NCBI GenBank assembly: GCA_963717505.1
Contig: OY970342.1
Span: forward strand, 2,560,001 to 2,624,000
Length of the DNA: 64,000 nucleotides
Source of the DNA: Candidatus Eiseniibacteriota bacterium
GTDB lineage: Bacteria > Eisenbacteria > RBG-16-71-46
Direction of reading: 5' to 3'
Part shown: piece by piece, positions 29,175-38,304 of the stretch
How positions within the stretch are numbered: position 1 is the stretch's first letter
How the letters are laid out: each line of letters opens with the position of its first letter
The notes under the pieces: model-generated
What the model saw: the letters and a program-made list of their open reading frames with translations, nothing else
Told to the model about the DNA's origin: nothing
The model's database searches: none
Made by a program: the position numbers and the translations under genes

Positions 29175-31806
29175 CTATCCCGGGTCCCCGATCAAGAGGA
29201 ATCCCGACCAATAGGCCGGGTGCTGATAGGGGTGACCTCCGTCCTGGGTTCGGAATTCCCGCAGCCAGCGCTTGGCCTCGTGGAGGGCCGCCATCTTGCG
29301 CATCGGCGTGCCGGGCCCTAGGCCGCGGTCGTCCGAGTAGGCCCCGGCCCGGTTCTCGTAGAAGCGGGTCATGAAGGTGGCGATGGCCCGGTCGTCCGCA
29401 TACCAGAGTGAGACCAGGATCGTATGAGCACCGGCATACAGAAACGCGTTGCCGACCCCCAGCGCTCCGGCCGCGTAGCCGGTGGCACCGCCGGCCGAAA
29501 GACAACCGCTCACGGTGACCAGATCGCAGTTCAGAGAAAGAGAGTCGCGGATCTCGGGCCCGGTCAACAGGCCGTCACGCTCGTTGTTCGCGGTCACCGA
29601 CTCGCCCTGGAGCGTAGCGATGACCGTCGGGTCGGAATTCGGCGAGGTTTTGGGAGGCGCCCAGGATTCGGCTTGAGAGAGGACGATCGCCCATTCGTCG
29701 TACGCGCCGCGGCTCAGGACGTGCGTCGCAATGTGAATCGTGCCGAACCGCTCGAGTCGCCCCTGGCGGGCGAGCCGGTAGAGCTCGGGTTCGCTGGCAT
29801 CGGGACCGGCGAGCACCGTGGCGGTCGGGAAGACTCGCCGAAGGCGATCGATCTCCCAGCGACTGCCGGTGAGGCGCGGAAGTCGACGGAGAAGCGTGTC
29901 CGTCCTCCACACGGGTTCGGTCGCCAGCTCTGCGGGGATCGAAGCGGACGCGGAGGATCGCCCGCCTTCCTCCGCCCTCATCTCTTCGAGGTGACGCTCT
30001 GCAAACGGCGGATCACCGATCAGGAGCGCCGGCTCTGTGGCCGTCGAGGCGATCCGTTGCTCGGTCCACCAGGTGAGCAGGGTCGCCGATGGAGCGTAGG
30101 CCACCGCGTAGCGGTCCGCGAGCCAGGCGCCATCGTCTGACACCATCGGGTCGAGAACCCCGTGGAACGCCGGCGATCCGACCACGATCAGCTCGCTCGC
30201 GCCCGCGAGGTGGGGCAGAAGTGGTGCAACGCGCTCGGCCCAGAGCCTCGCGCCTTCGCGCTTGATACTGCCGGTCTCGTGGACCGGGACCGGCCAGGCG
30301 GCGGCACTGTTGATCAGCTCGAGCAGGAGTAGCGCGTGTCCGGTGACCACCGGGCCGAGCGTGACTCCCTCGGGTCGCAAACGAACCCAGTGCACCGGGC
30401 CCTGATCGCGGATCACGTAGCCCCACGCCGAGTGCGGTTCGCCGACGCCGGGGGCGATGTCGAGCCAGCCCACGATGGCGGTGCGGCTGGCCAACGCACG
30501 CTGCACTCGTTCGAGCGAAAACGGTTCGAACTCCGTGGTACGGAGACCTGGGATCAGGGCCTCGGCCAGCTCGCGCGCCTGCCCGCGCTCGAATTCGCGC
30601 CATGCCTCCTCGAGGCGTCCGCGGGCGAGCAGGACCGCCGCGAGCTCGTTGTAAACGGTGAGCCGAAAGCGACTGGCTTTTGCCGGCCCGGGCGCCGCCC
30701 GCAGCCGAGCCCGCTCGGCAACCGACGCGGCGTCGCGCAGTGCTTCTTCGGCCTCTGGCAGTTTGGTCTGCGCAGTCAGCGCGATGCCGAGCAGATTCGC
30801 GGTCACCGAGAGCTCGAAGTGCGAGGGCGGCAGGTGCCGGCGGCGGATCGCCAGGGCGCGGCGCAGCTCGCGTTCCGCGTTCGAGAAGCGGCCCATCTGG
30901 ATTTCGACCAGCCCGATGTCCATGCGGCTGTCGGCGACCGCGAGGTCGTCCTCGCCGAGATGCCCGACGGCGAATCTCGAGGGCTTGCCGCATCAGACGC
31001 AGCGCCTCGGGATACTGCTCGAGGTAGCGATGGATGTTGGCGAGCCCGTTCAGGCTCTCGGCGATCTCGGGACTGTCCGCGGGGAAGCACTCGCGCCTGA
31101 TCGCGAGCGCCTCGCGATGATGTTCCATCGAGTACATCCACCGGCCGGCGCTCTTCTCGGCGACGGCGAGCTGAAACAGACACTCGGCCACACCGGGATG
31201 TCGCTCCTCCAGCAACACGCGGCGCTCGGAAAGCGCACGTTCCAGCAGGGCGACCGCCTCGGAGTGGGACCCGCGCTGCTGCCCGAGTCGCCCCAGGTGG
31301 AAGAGACTGGTGGCGACGTCCTCGTGGCTGGGTCCGAGCCGCCGCTGCCGAGCCTCCAGCTGCAGGGACGCCAGCGCATAGGCCTGGTTCCATTCGCCGG
31401 CAGTTTCGAGCGAGTCCATCGCGCGGTCCAGGCGGTCGGCAGCCGACAGTTCGATCCGTGACGACGAGTCCAGGTTGGCGTAGCCATGGAGGAGTTGCGC
31501 GCGACGCCTCGCATCCGCCCGTTCGAGGTCGCTCGTTCGCGGCGTTCGATCGAGCCGAGTGGCCACCGAATCCGCGACCCGGGCCGCCGCCGCGTAGTCG
31601 CCGCGCCCGCGCAGCGTGGCAATCTCGGCGGCCGCCGGTTCGGGATCGGCGAGGCGAGGGGAGCCGCAACCGGCGGTTGCGATGAGCAAACCCAGCGTGC
31701 TCAGGGCTCGAAGGCGGCAGGGAGGGCGACTCGCGTTCCCGGCCGTGGTCGTCCTCGCGCCCGAAATGCGGCTAGTCGAGGCCCCGGTCGCCGTCGTCGG
31801 TTTCAC
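29175..31806 (-). CDS. TPR-repeat + CHAT (caspase-like) protease, probable lipoprotein; +1 frameshift near 30964
   Basis: ORF 30013..31806 gives LGLLIATAGC and kinesin-light-chain-type TPRs. An extra G in cggg at ~30964 joins it to ORF 29175..30923, which has HIATH, VTVSGC, VSLW and HPAYWSGF CHAT motifs. Confidence 0.82.
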
Positions 31807-32494
31807 CAGTTTGGGCTGCGAGTACCCGCATCAGGGAGTCCGCGGTTTGCCGATCCCCCGACTTTCGGAGCGACACGTAGTACGCCCGGCGCAGCTCCTG
31901 TCCCCATGGCTCGGGGACCGTGGCGAGCGAAGGCACCGATTGGATGACGGCAACGGCTTCCCGGTATTCCCCGGCCGCGGCCAGGGCGGAACCGAGATAG
32001 ACACGACGGATTCGCTCGTAGGGACCATAGGGACCTCCCGCCTGCGGATTGCGCAGCAGGGCGATCGCGGTCGTCAGGTCTCGTCGATCGTAGGCCTCGA
32101 GCCCGGAGATCAGGTTCGAATCCGCGACGCCTCCGCGCAGGACCGTGAGGTCGTTCGCCGCGGGGAGCCAGCCGATTTCGGGTGTCGGCTGAGGTTTCCG
32201 AGCGAACGGCAGCAGGGCCGCGAAGGCCACCAGAGCGACCGCCGCGGCGGCGGCGATCGGGATCCACCTCGTGGCCCGGGGTTTCGCGGGACGCTCCAGC
32301 GCATAGGTTGCTGCACGCAGGCGCTCGAGCTCCGCCGCCCGCTGGCGCACCGCCTCCTCGCACGCGTGGCAACGCCGCAGATGATCGAATGCAGCGTCTT
32401 GCGCGGCAAAGGTCAGATACCCCTGCACCAGGTCGGTGCAGGCGTCGTCGTCGAGGTGTGGGCCAAGTCCGCGAACGCCCATGCCCGGCTTCAT
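31772..32494 (-). CDS. Zinc-binding (HxxxCxxC) transmembrane anti-sigma factor with helical C-terminal domain
   Basis: HLRRCHAC motif, TM WIPIAAAAAVALVAFAALL; ATGA overlap with the sigma gene. Confidence 0.82.
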   Translation of the reverse strand: MKPGMGVRGLGPHLDDDACTDLVQGYLTFAAQDAAFDHLRRCHACEEAVRQRAAELERLRAATYALERPAKPRATRWIPIAAAAAVALVAFAALLPFARKPQPTPEIGWLPAANDLTVLRGGVADSNLISGLEAYDRRDLTTAIALLRNPQAGGPYGPYERIRRVYLGSALAAAGEYREAVAVIQSVPSLATVPEPWGQELRRAYYVSLRKSGDRQTADSLMRVLAAQTGETDDGDRGLD

Positions 32495-33231
32495 GAAGTC
32501 CCTCGCTCGCTCGGCTCGATTCGAAATACGCGGAGCAGCTCGGCGAACGTTCCCGCGGGCATGTCTTTCGCGAAATGACCCTTGTCCGCCATGCAGCGCG
32601 TGATGTGCTCGCGCGCGCGTTGCAGGACCACATCGACGTGACCGGGGTTCAATCCGACCTCCGGATGGTTCGCGATTTCCTTGGTCGACATCTCGTAGAA
32701 CACGCGAAAGAACCAGATGCGCCGGGTGCGCGGTTTGAGACCTTCCGCGCACGCGCAGAGCGCCGCGGCGAACTCGTTGCACTCGACCGCCCGGTTCGGA
32801 TCCCCGTCCGGGCCCGAGATCAGGTCGAGATGGACCGAATGGCCGTTCCTCGGCTCGTAGGCATCGAGCGGCACCAGCCGACCGGTGCGCCGCAGGTGGT
32901 CGACCAGTCCGTTACGGGCGATGGTCGACAGGAATCCCGGAATTTCATCGCAGCGTCGCGCCAGCGCCCCGGATGCACCGGACTCGGCCTTGCGGATCAG
33001 ATCCAACGCCTTGGCGGCCGCGATGTCCTCGACGTCGGAGGCGGGGACGCAACCGAGCCGCGAGGCATGGAGCCGCAAGTAGCGCCTGAGATTGATGTTG
33101 AGCAGTACCCAGGCTTCGCCGCAGGCCCGATCCCGTGCCGCCGGCGTCGGGGCTCGCCCGAGGAGCGCGCACAGCTCGCTCAGGCGGGCGGGCCATTGGG
33201 GATCGGATACGGCCGTGTCGAGCTGAATCAT
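32491..33231 (-). CDS. ECF-type RNA polymerase sigma factor
   Basis: Region 2 DVEDIA...FLSTIARNGLVDHLRR; region 4 LKPRTRRIWFFRVFYEMSTKEIA...VDVVLQRAR. Confidence 0.85.
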   Translation of the reverse strand: MIQLDTAVSDPQWPARLSELCALLGRAPTPAARDRACGEAWVLLNINLRRYLRLHASRLGCVPASDVEDIAAAKALDLIRKAESGASGALARRCDEIPGFLSTIARNGLVDHLRRTGRLVPLDAYEPRNGHSVHLDLISGPDGDPNRAVECNEFAAALCACAEGLKPRTRRIWFFRVFYEMSTKEIANHPEVGLNPGHVDVVLQRAREHITRCMADKGHFAKDMPAGTFAELLRVFRIEPSERGTS

Positions 33232-33453
33232 CGAGGGCACCTGTCCCGGAACCACAGAGGTGGCCCTCCCGTGGTGCGGGAGGCAGGCGCCCCTGCGGCA
33301 TGGTCGCAAAAGGATAGAACAGGCCGGGGTGCAGTCCAATGGACTTCCCGGCGCCGCCCCGGTCATAGTCGGCAGGCCTTTGAAGTCGAATCCTGCCGTC
33401 GAGGACCCCGGTTCCCCAGCCCGGGTCCAACCGGCGGCCCCGAGGTAACGCCC

Positions 33454-34458
33454 GTGCCGACACGCATACTTTCGCGGACTGACGTCGAGCGCCTGCTGCC
33501 GATGTCCGAGTGCATCGAGGTCATGGCGGCAGCCCTGAAGCATCTGGCGCAGGGTGATGCGGTGCTGCCATTGCGCAGCATGGTCTGGCTGCCCGACCGC
33601 TCGGGGCTACTCGGCTTGATGCCTGGCTATCTCGGCTCTCCACGCAGTTTCGGGCTCAAAGTGGTGAGTGTGATGCCCGGTAACCACGGCACCGAGTTCG
33701 ATTCGCATCAGGGGGTCGTCCTGTTGTTCAGCGTCGAGCACGGGGAGCCGATTGCCGTTCTCGACGCGAGCAGCATCACCGCGATTCGCACCGCCGCGGT
33801 GAGCGGGGTCGCGACCCGGGCGCTGGCCCTGAAGGACGCCGGTGATCTGGCGATCCTCGGTTCGGGCGTCCAGGCTGCGAGCCACCTCGCGGCCATGGCC
33901 GCGGTACGTCGTCTGCGACGGGTCCGGGTCTGGAGCCGCAACCCGTCGCATGCCGAGCGCTTCGCCGTGCGCGAGGGAGCGAGACACGCAGTCCCGATCG
34001 AGGTTTCGGCTACGGCGCGCGAGGCGGTGGCGGGCGCCGATCTCGTGTGCACGACGACCGCGGCCCGCGAGCCGGTATTGCACGGCGACTGGCTGTCGCC
34101 CGGGGTCCACGTCAACGCTGTTGGCGCCTGTTTCGCCTCGGCGCGCGAGCTCGATGCCGAGGCGGTGCGTCGCAGTCGTCTTTACGTGGACCGCCGCGAA
34201 TCGGCCCTCGCGGAAGCCGGCGACTTCCTGATCGCCAAGGCCGAGGGCGCGGTCGGGGACGGCCACATCGTGGCCGAGTTGGGGGATCTCTTGCTGGATC
34301 GAGCCCCCGGCCGGGAGGACTCGGGCCAGGTCACCTTGTTCGAGTCCCTGGGAATCGCGATCGAGGACCTGGCGGCAGCCCACCACGTTCTGGTTTCGGC
34401 TCAGCGGTCCGGCGCCGGGGTCGAGGTCGAACTCGGCGGGAGGCACGTACACGTCTGA
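33454..34458 (+). CDS. Ornithine cyclodeaminase/mu-crystallin family protein
   Basis: GLKVVSV, ITAIRTAAVS, ILGSGVQA, HVNAVGA, SLGIAIEDLAAA. Confidence 0.9.
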   Translation: MPTRILSRTDVERLLPMSECIEVMAAALKHLAQGDAVLPLRSMVWLPDRSGLLGLMPGYLGSPRSFGLKVVSVMPGNHGTEFDSHQGVVLLFSVEHGEPIAVLDASSITAIRTAAVSGVATRALALKDAGDLAILGSGVQAASHLAAMAAVRRLRRVRVWSRNPSHAERFAVREGARHAVPIEVSATAREAVAGADLVCTTTAAREPVLHGDWLSPGVHVNAVGACFASARELDAEAVRRSRLYVDRRESALAEAGDFLIAKAEGAVGDGHIVAELGDLLLDRAPGREDSGQVTLFESLGIAIEDLAAAHHVLVSAQRSGAGVEVELGGRHVHV

Positions 34459-34467
34459 AATCCCCCC

Positions 34468-34497
34468 TTCAAGGGGAACGTCGAGCCGTGGTAAACT
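34468..34497 (+). promoter_or_regulatory. Possible sigma70 promoter with extended -10
   Basis: TTCAAG-N18-TAAACT with TG upstream of the -10. Confidence 0.35.
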
Positions 34498-34677
34498 CCT
34501 GCCACGCATGAGGCGCCCCCCTTCGCGCCGGCTGCCGCAACCGGCTGCGTCTCCTGCCCTCTGGGAACGGAACCGGATCGACCCACAACATCAGGTCCGC
34601 GTCGCGTCCATCCTCGTGCTTGGGACTCATCGCCCCAGCGTGCGCAGGCGGGGCCCGCCGTGAGACAGGAGACATCC

Positions 34678-36402
34678 ATGCGGAGTATCCCCCGTCCCAT
34701 GGCGCCGGTGTCCGTCGCCCTCCCTCTGCTCCTGATCGGCTGTCTCGCGGTCGCTCCAGCCCTGGCCGGCCCGAACCGGGGCAGTCTCGAGCCCAAGGCC
34801 AAGCCCAAGTCGGAGGACACTTCACCGGCCGCGGCGACCCCCTGGGAGACCCAGGCGCCGCCGGCCAACGACACCTGCGCTGGGGCGACCCTGATCGCCT
34901 GTGGCACGTTCGACATCAGCGGTACGACCGCCGAAGCCCTCGACCACTACACCTTCTCGCACGACACGCTGTCCTGTACGGGATTCGTGACCCCGGGACG
35001 CGACGTGGTCTACAAGTTCAACGCCGTCCCCGGCGACAGTATCTGGGTCGATCTCACGACCCCGGGTTGGGATGGCGCGCTCTACTTGATCACCGATTGC
35101 GCGCATGAGGACACCACCTGCTACAACGGCGAGGACGACGCGGGTGTCGGTGGCACCGAGTTCCTGCGCGAAGGAATCGTCGAGGCCGGGACCTACTACC
35201 TGGTCGTCGACACCTTCGAGCCCAATGGGGGCGGACCTTTCACGCTCCAGGGTCAGTTCCGTTGCGCCGGAACGCCGCCGCCGCCGTCCAACGACCGTTG
35301 CGACTTCCCGGCGCTCATCGCCTGCGGGCCGGTTTCGTTCAGCGGAACCACGCAGTACGCGAACAACAACTATCAGTTCCCGTCGACTGCGAACTGCACC
35401 GGCGTGATCTCGGCCGGGAGGGACATCGTCTACGTCATGAACGTGGTGGCCGGCGACAGCCTGTCGGCGAACTATCAGTCGACCGCGAACGGTGTCGCCT
35501 ACATCGTCCACGACTGCACCAATCTGGTGGGCACCTGCATCCGCGGCGTGAACGCGGTCGGCGCCGGCGGAACCGAGCTGATTCGCCACCAGTTCCTGTT
35601 CAGCGGCACGTACTACCTGATCCTCGATTCGGAGGGGTCGAATTCGTTCGGGACCTGGTCCTTGACCGGCGAATACCATTGTCCGAAGCCGCCGTCCAAC
35701 GACATCTGCGAAGGCGCCATCCCACTGCCTTGCGGCCCGTTCGAGCGCAGCGGCAGCACAGTCGCCGCGGTCAACAACTACAATCTGGTGGATTCGCTCT
35801 CGTGCACCGGCTATCGCGCCAGCGGGCGCGACGTCGTTTACAAGGTCTACGCGACCGCCGGGGACAGCCTGTGGCTGGACTACGCGATGCTCGGCGCCGA
35901 TGGCTCGGTCTACGTCGCCACCAACTGCAATGACGTCACCTATTCGTGTGTCGCGGGCGCCGACAACGTCGGTTTCAACGAAACCGAAATGCTCCGCTAC
36001 CGCTTCCTCAGCACCGGGGTCTATTACATCTTCATCGACAACTTCGGCACGGACGCCGGCAGCCACTACACGATCTCAGGCTGGATGGACTGCGCGAACA
36101 CCGCCGTCGGCTCGAACCCCGCGCGGGGTCTCTCGCTCGGCGCGCTCCATCCGAATCCGTTCCGCAATCAGACGACGATCCCGTTCGCGCTACCGGCCGC
36201 GGCCCACGTGAAGCTGGTCCTGGTCGATTTGCAGGGCCGGGTGGTCCGCACCCTCTACGACCGCACCCTGGCGGCGGGCTCGCACCAGACCACCTGGGAC
36301 GCCCGCGACGACGATGGCCATCCGGTCCATGCCGGGGTGTATTTCCTCAAGCTCTCCGGCCTCGACGGTGAGTCGGTTCGCCGCGCCATCGTCGTGAGGT
36401 GA
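34678..36402 (+). CDS. Secreted protein with three Cys-rich PPC-like repeats and C-terminal FlgD-Ig (T9SS-CTD-like) domain
   Basis: AGGAG RBS; signal peptide; repeats begin PPANDTC, PPSNDRC, PPSNDIC; C-terminus PNPFRNQT...WDARDDDG...AGVYFLKL. Confidence 0.85.
   Translation: MRSIPRPMAPVSVALPLLLIGCLAVAPALAGPNRGSLEPKAKPKSEDTSPAAATPWETQAPPANDTCAGATLIACGTFDISGTTAEALDHYTFSHDTLSCTGFVTPGRDVVYKFNAVPGDSIWVDLTTPGWDGALYLITDCAHEDTTCYNGEDDAGVGGTEFLREGIVEAGTYYLVVDTFEPNGGGPFTLQGQFRCAGTPPPPSNDRCDFPALIACGPVSFSGTTQYANNNYQFPSTANCTGVISAGRDIVYVMNVVAGDSLSANYQSTANGVAYIVHDCTNLVGTCIRGVNAVGAGGTELIRHQFLFSGTYYLILDSEGSNSFGTWSLTGEYHCPKPPSNDICEGAIPLPCGPFERSGSTVAAVNNYNLVDSLSCTGYRASGRDVVYKVYATAGDSLWLDYAMLGADGSVYVATNCNDVTYSCVAGADNVGFNETEMLRYRFLSTGVYYIFIDNFGTDAGSHYTISGWMDCANTAVGSNPARGLSLGALHPNPFRNQTTIPFALPAAAHVKLVLVDLQGRVVRTLYDRTLAAGSHQTTWDARDDDGHPVHAGVYFLKLSGLDGESVRRAIVVR
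34858..36096 (+). repeat. Three tandem ~140-aa protein domain repeats
   Basis: Each unit is PPxNDxC...ACG...SGTT...CTG...GRDxVY...GDS...C...C...GxYYxxxD; units start at ~34858, 35281 and 35689. Confidence 0.75.
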
Positions 36403-36463
36403 TCGCGGGCTTCCGCGCCCCGTCGGCGAACCTGGGAGCGAGGTCGCGGATCGAGAGGATCCT

Positions 36464-37711
36464 GTGACTCGGATCGTCCTGTTGGCCGCGACGAAGACCT
36501 ACCGGGCCGGTGCGTTCCTGGAAGCCGCCCAGGGCCTCGGAGTCGACGTGACCGTGGGCTCGGACCGCCCGCAAGCCCTCGAAGCGCTGAATCCGGCCGG
36601 GCATCTGCTGCTGAATCCGGGGGACGCTGCGGCTTCCGGCCGAAGCGTGGCCGCATGGGGTCGCACGCATCGGGTGGCGGCCGTGCTCGCTGCCGATGAC
36701 GACCTGGCGCTGGTGGCGGCCCATGCGGCCGCCGAATTGGGATTGCCCCACCATTCGGTCCGCGCGGTGAGCACGGCAAGAGACAAACGGCTGATGCGCG
36801 GGGTGCTCGCGCGCGCCGGCCGGCCGGGTCCCTGGTATCGCGGCTTCGAGCTCGATCACGATCCGGCCGACGCGGCGCGCCGCGTCGACTACCCATGCGT
36901 GATCAAGCCCGTGGATCTGGGGGCCAGTCGAGGCGTGATTCGCGCGAATCATCCGGGGGAGTTTGAGGCCGCCTTCACGCGATGCGTGCGGATTGCCGCC
37001 GATTCGGGTTCCCTCGGCCTGCTCGCCGAACAGTACCTGCCCGGCGACGAGGTGGCGCTCGAGGGGTTCGTTCACCACGGACGGCTCGAGGTCCTCGCGC
37101 TCTTCGACAAGCCCGATCCGCTGGCGGGCCCGTTCTTCGAAGAGTCGATCTACGTGACGCCCTCGCGGCATCCGGATCGGATCGTGAGCGAGGTGGTGGC
37201 AGAGGCGACAGCGTGTGTGACCGCACTCGGTCTCGATCACGGGCCGGTGCACGCCGAACTGCGGATCGACCAGGGGGTCGCCACGCTGGTGGAGATTGCT
37301 CCGCGTTCGATCGGGGGGTTATGCTCGCGAGCGCTGCGGTTCGCGGGTGGTCTTTCACTGGAGTCGGCCCTGCTGCGTTACCTGCTGGGGGCGGCCCCCG
37401 GTTCGCTGTCCCGCGAGGCGCTGGCGGCGGGCGTGATGATGATCCCGGTGCCGGCCTCAGGAACCCTGAAGACCGTGCGCGGCGTCGAGCAGGCGCGGCG
37501 GGTCGATGGGATCGAGGACATTCGGATCACGATTCCGGTCGGCGACGAGGTCGTGGCGCTGCCCGAAGGCTCCCGCTATCTCGGGTTCGTCTTCGCGCGC
37601 GGCGACCACCCGGATCTGGTGGAAGCGGCCTTGCGGGCGGCGCACGCACGGCTCGAGTTCGACATACGGCCGATCGATGCGTCACCTGCGGTCGCCATGA
37701 GGACCAAATGA
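36464..37711 (+). CDS. ATP-grasp ligase (L-amino-acid ligase-like)
   Basis: ARDKRLMR, YPCVIKP..LGASRGV, EQYLPGDE, GPVHAELR, VEIAPRSIGG. Confidence 0.88.
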   Translation: MTRIVLLAATKTYRAGAFLEAAQGLGVDVTVGSDRPQALEALNPAGHLLLNPGDAAASGRSVAAWGRTHRVAAVLAADDDLALVAAHAAAELGLPHHSVRAVSTARDKRLMRGVLARAGRPGPWYRGFELDHDPADAARRVDYPCVIKPVDLGASRGVIRANHPGEFEAAFTRCVRIAADSGSLGLLAEQYLPGDEVALEGFVHHGRLEVLALFDKPDPLAGPFFEESIYVTPSRHPDRIVSEVVAEATACVTALGLDHGPVHAELRIDQGVATLVEIAPRSIGGLCSRALRFAGGLSLESALLRYLLGAAPGSLSREALAAGVMMIPVPASGTLKTVRGVEQARRVDGIEDIRITIPVGDEVVALPEGSRYLGFVFARGDHPDLVEAALRAAHARLEFDIRPIDASPAVAMRTK

Positions 37712-38304
37712 TCACGATCACCGAGTTGGCTCAGGAGAGAATCGCCGCGTTCATGAAGGCCGAGAACCGCCCCAATCTCGCGCTGCGCTTCGCGGTCGAG
37801 GGACGAGGTCCGGGCGGATTCATGTATCGGCTCGCCTTCGTCGATGCCGCCGAACAGGCCGCCGACGATCGGGTGGTCGACGTCGGTCCGTTCCAGGTCC
37901 TGGTCGATGCGCGGAGCGTCGAGAGCCTCACGGGAGTGACGCTCGATTTCGTCGAGGGTCCGAACCAGAGCGGTTTCCGCATCGACAACCCGAACCCGCT
38001 GTGGACCGACTCGGTGGCGCTCGCGGTTCAGAAGGTGTTGGACGAGGAGATCAACCCGGCCGTGGCCACGCACGGGGGCTGGGTGGCGCTGCTCGAGGTC
38101 CGCGACGGAGTCGCCTACGTCCAGCTCGGCGGCGGCTGCCAGGGCTGCGGCATGGTCGACGTGACCCTGCGCCAGGGCATCGAGGTTCGGTTGCGCGAAG
38201 TGGTTCCCCAGGTGCGCGAGGTGGTGGACACCACCGATCATGCGGGGGGCGCCAACCCCTACTATCGACCGTCCAAGGGCGGCGGCGCGTCGCCGTACTC
38301 ATGA
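37708..38304 (+). CDS. nfuA: NfuA-type Fe-S carrier (degenerate A-type domain + NifU-C domain)
   Basis: MITITELAQ..., GFRIDNPN, INPAVATHGG, GGGCQGC, DTTDH..GANPYY. Confidence 0.88.
   Translation: MITITELAQERIAAFMKAENRPNLALRFAVEGRGPGGFMYRLAFVDAAEQAADDRVVDVGPFQVLVDARSVESLTGVTLDFVEGPNQSGFRIDNPNPLWTDSVALAVQKVLDEEINPAVATHGGWVALLEVRDGVAYVQLGGGCQGCGMVDVTLRQGIEVRLREVVPQVREVVDTTDHAGGANPYYRPSKGGGASPYS

Noticed and set aside
28247-33450. Genomic island integrated at tRNA-Leu carrying the ECF/CHAT module
   Set aside because: No integrase and no duplicated tRNA 3' end were found; a housekeeping-type creatininase gene directly follows the tRNA.
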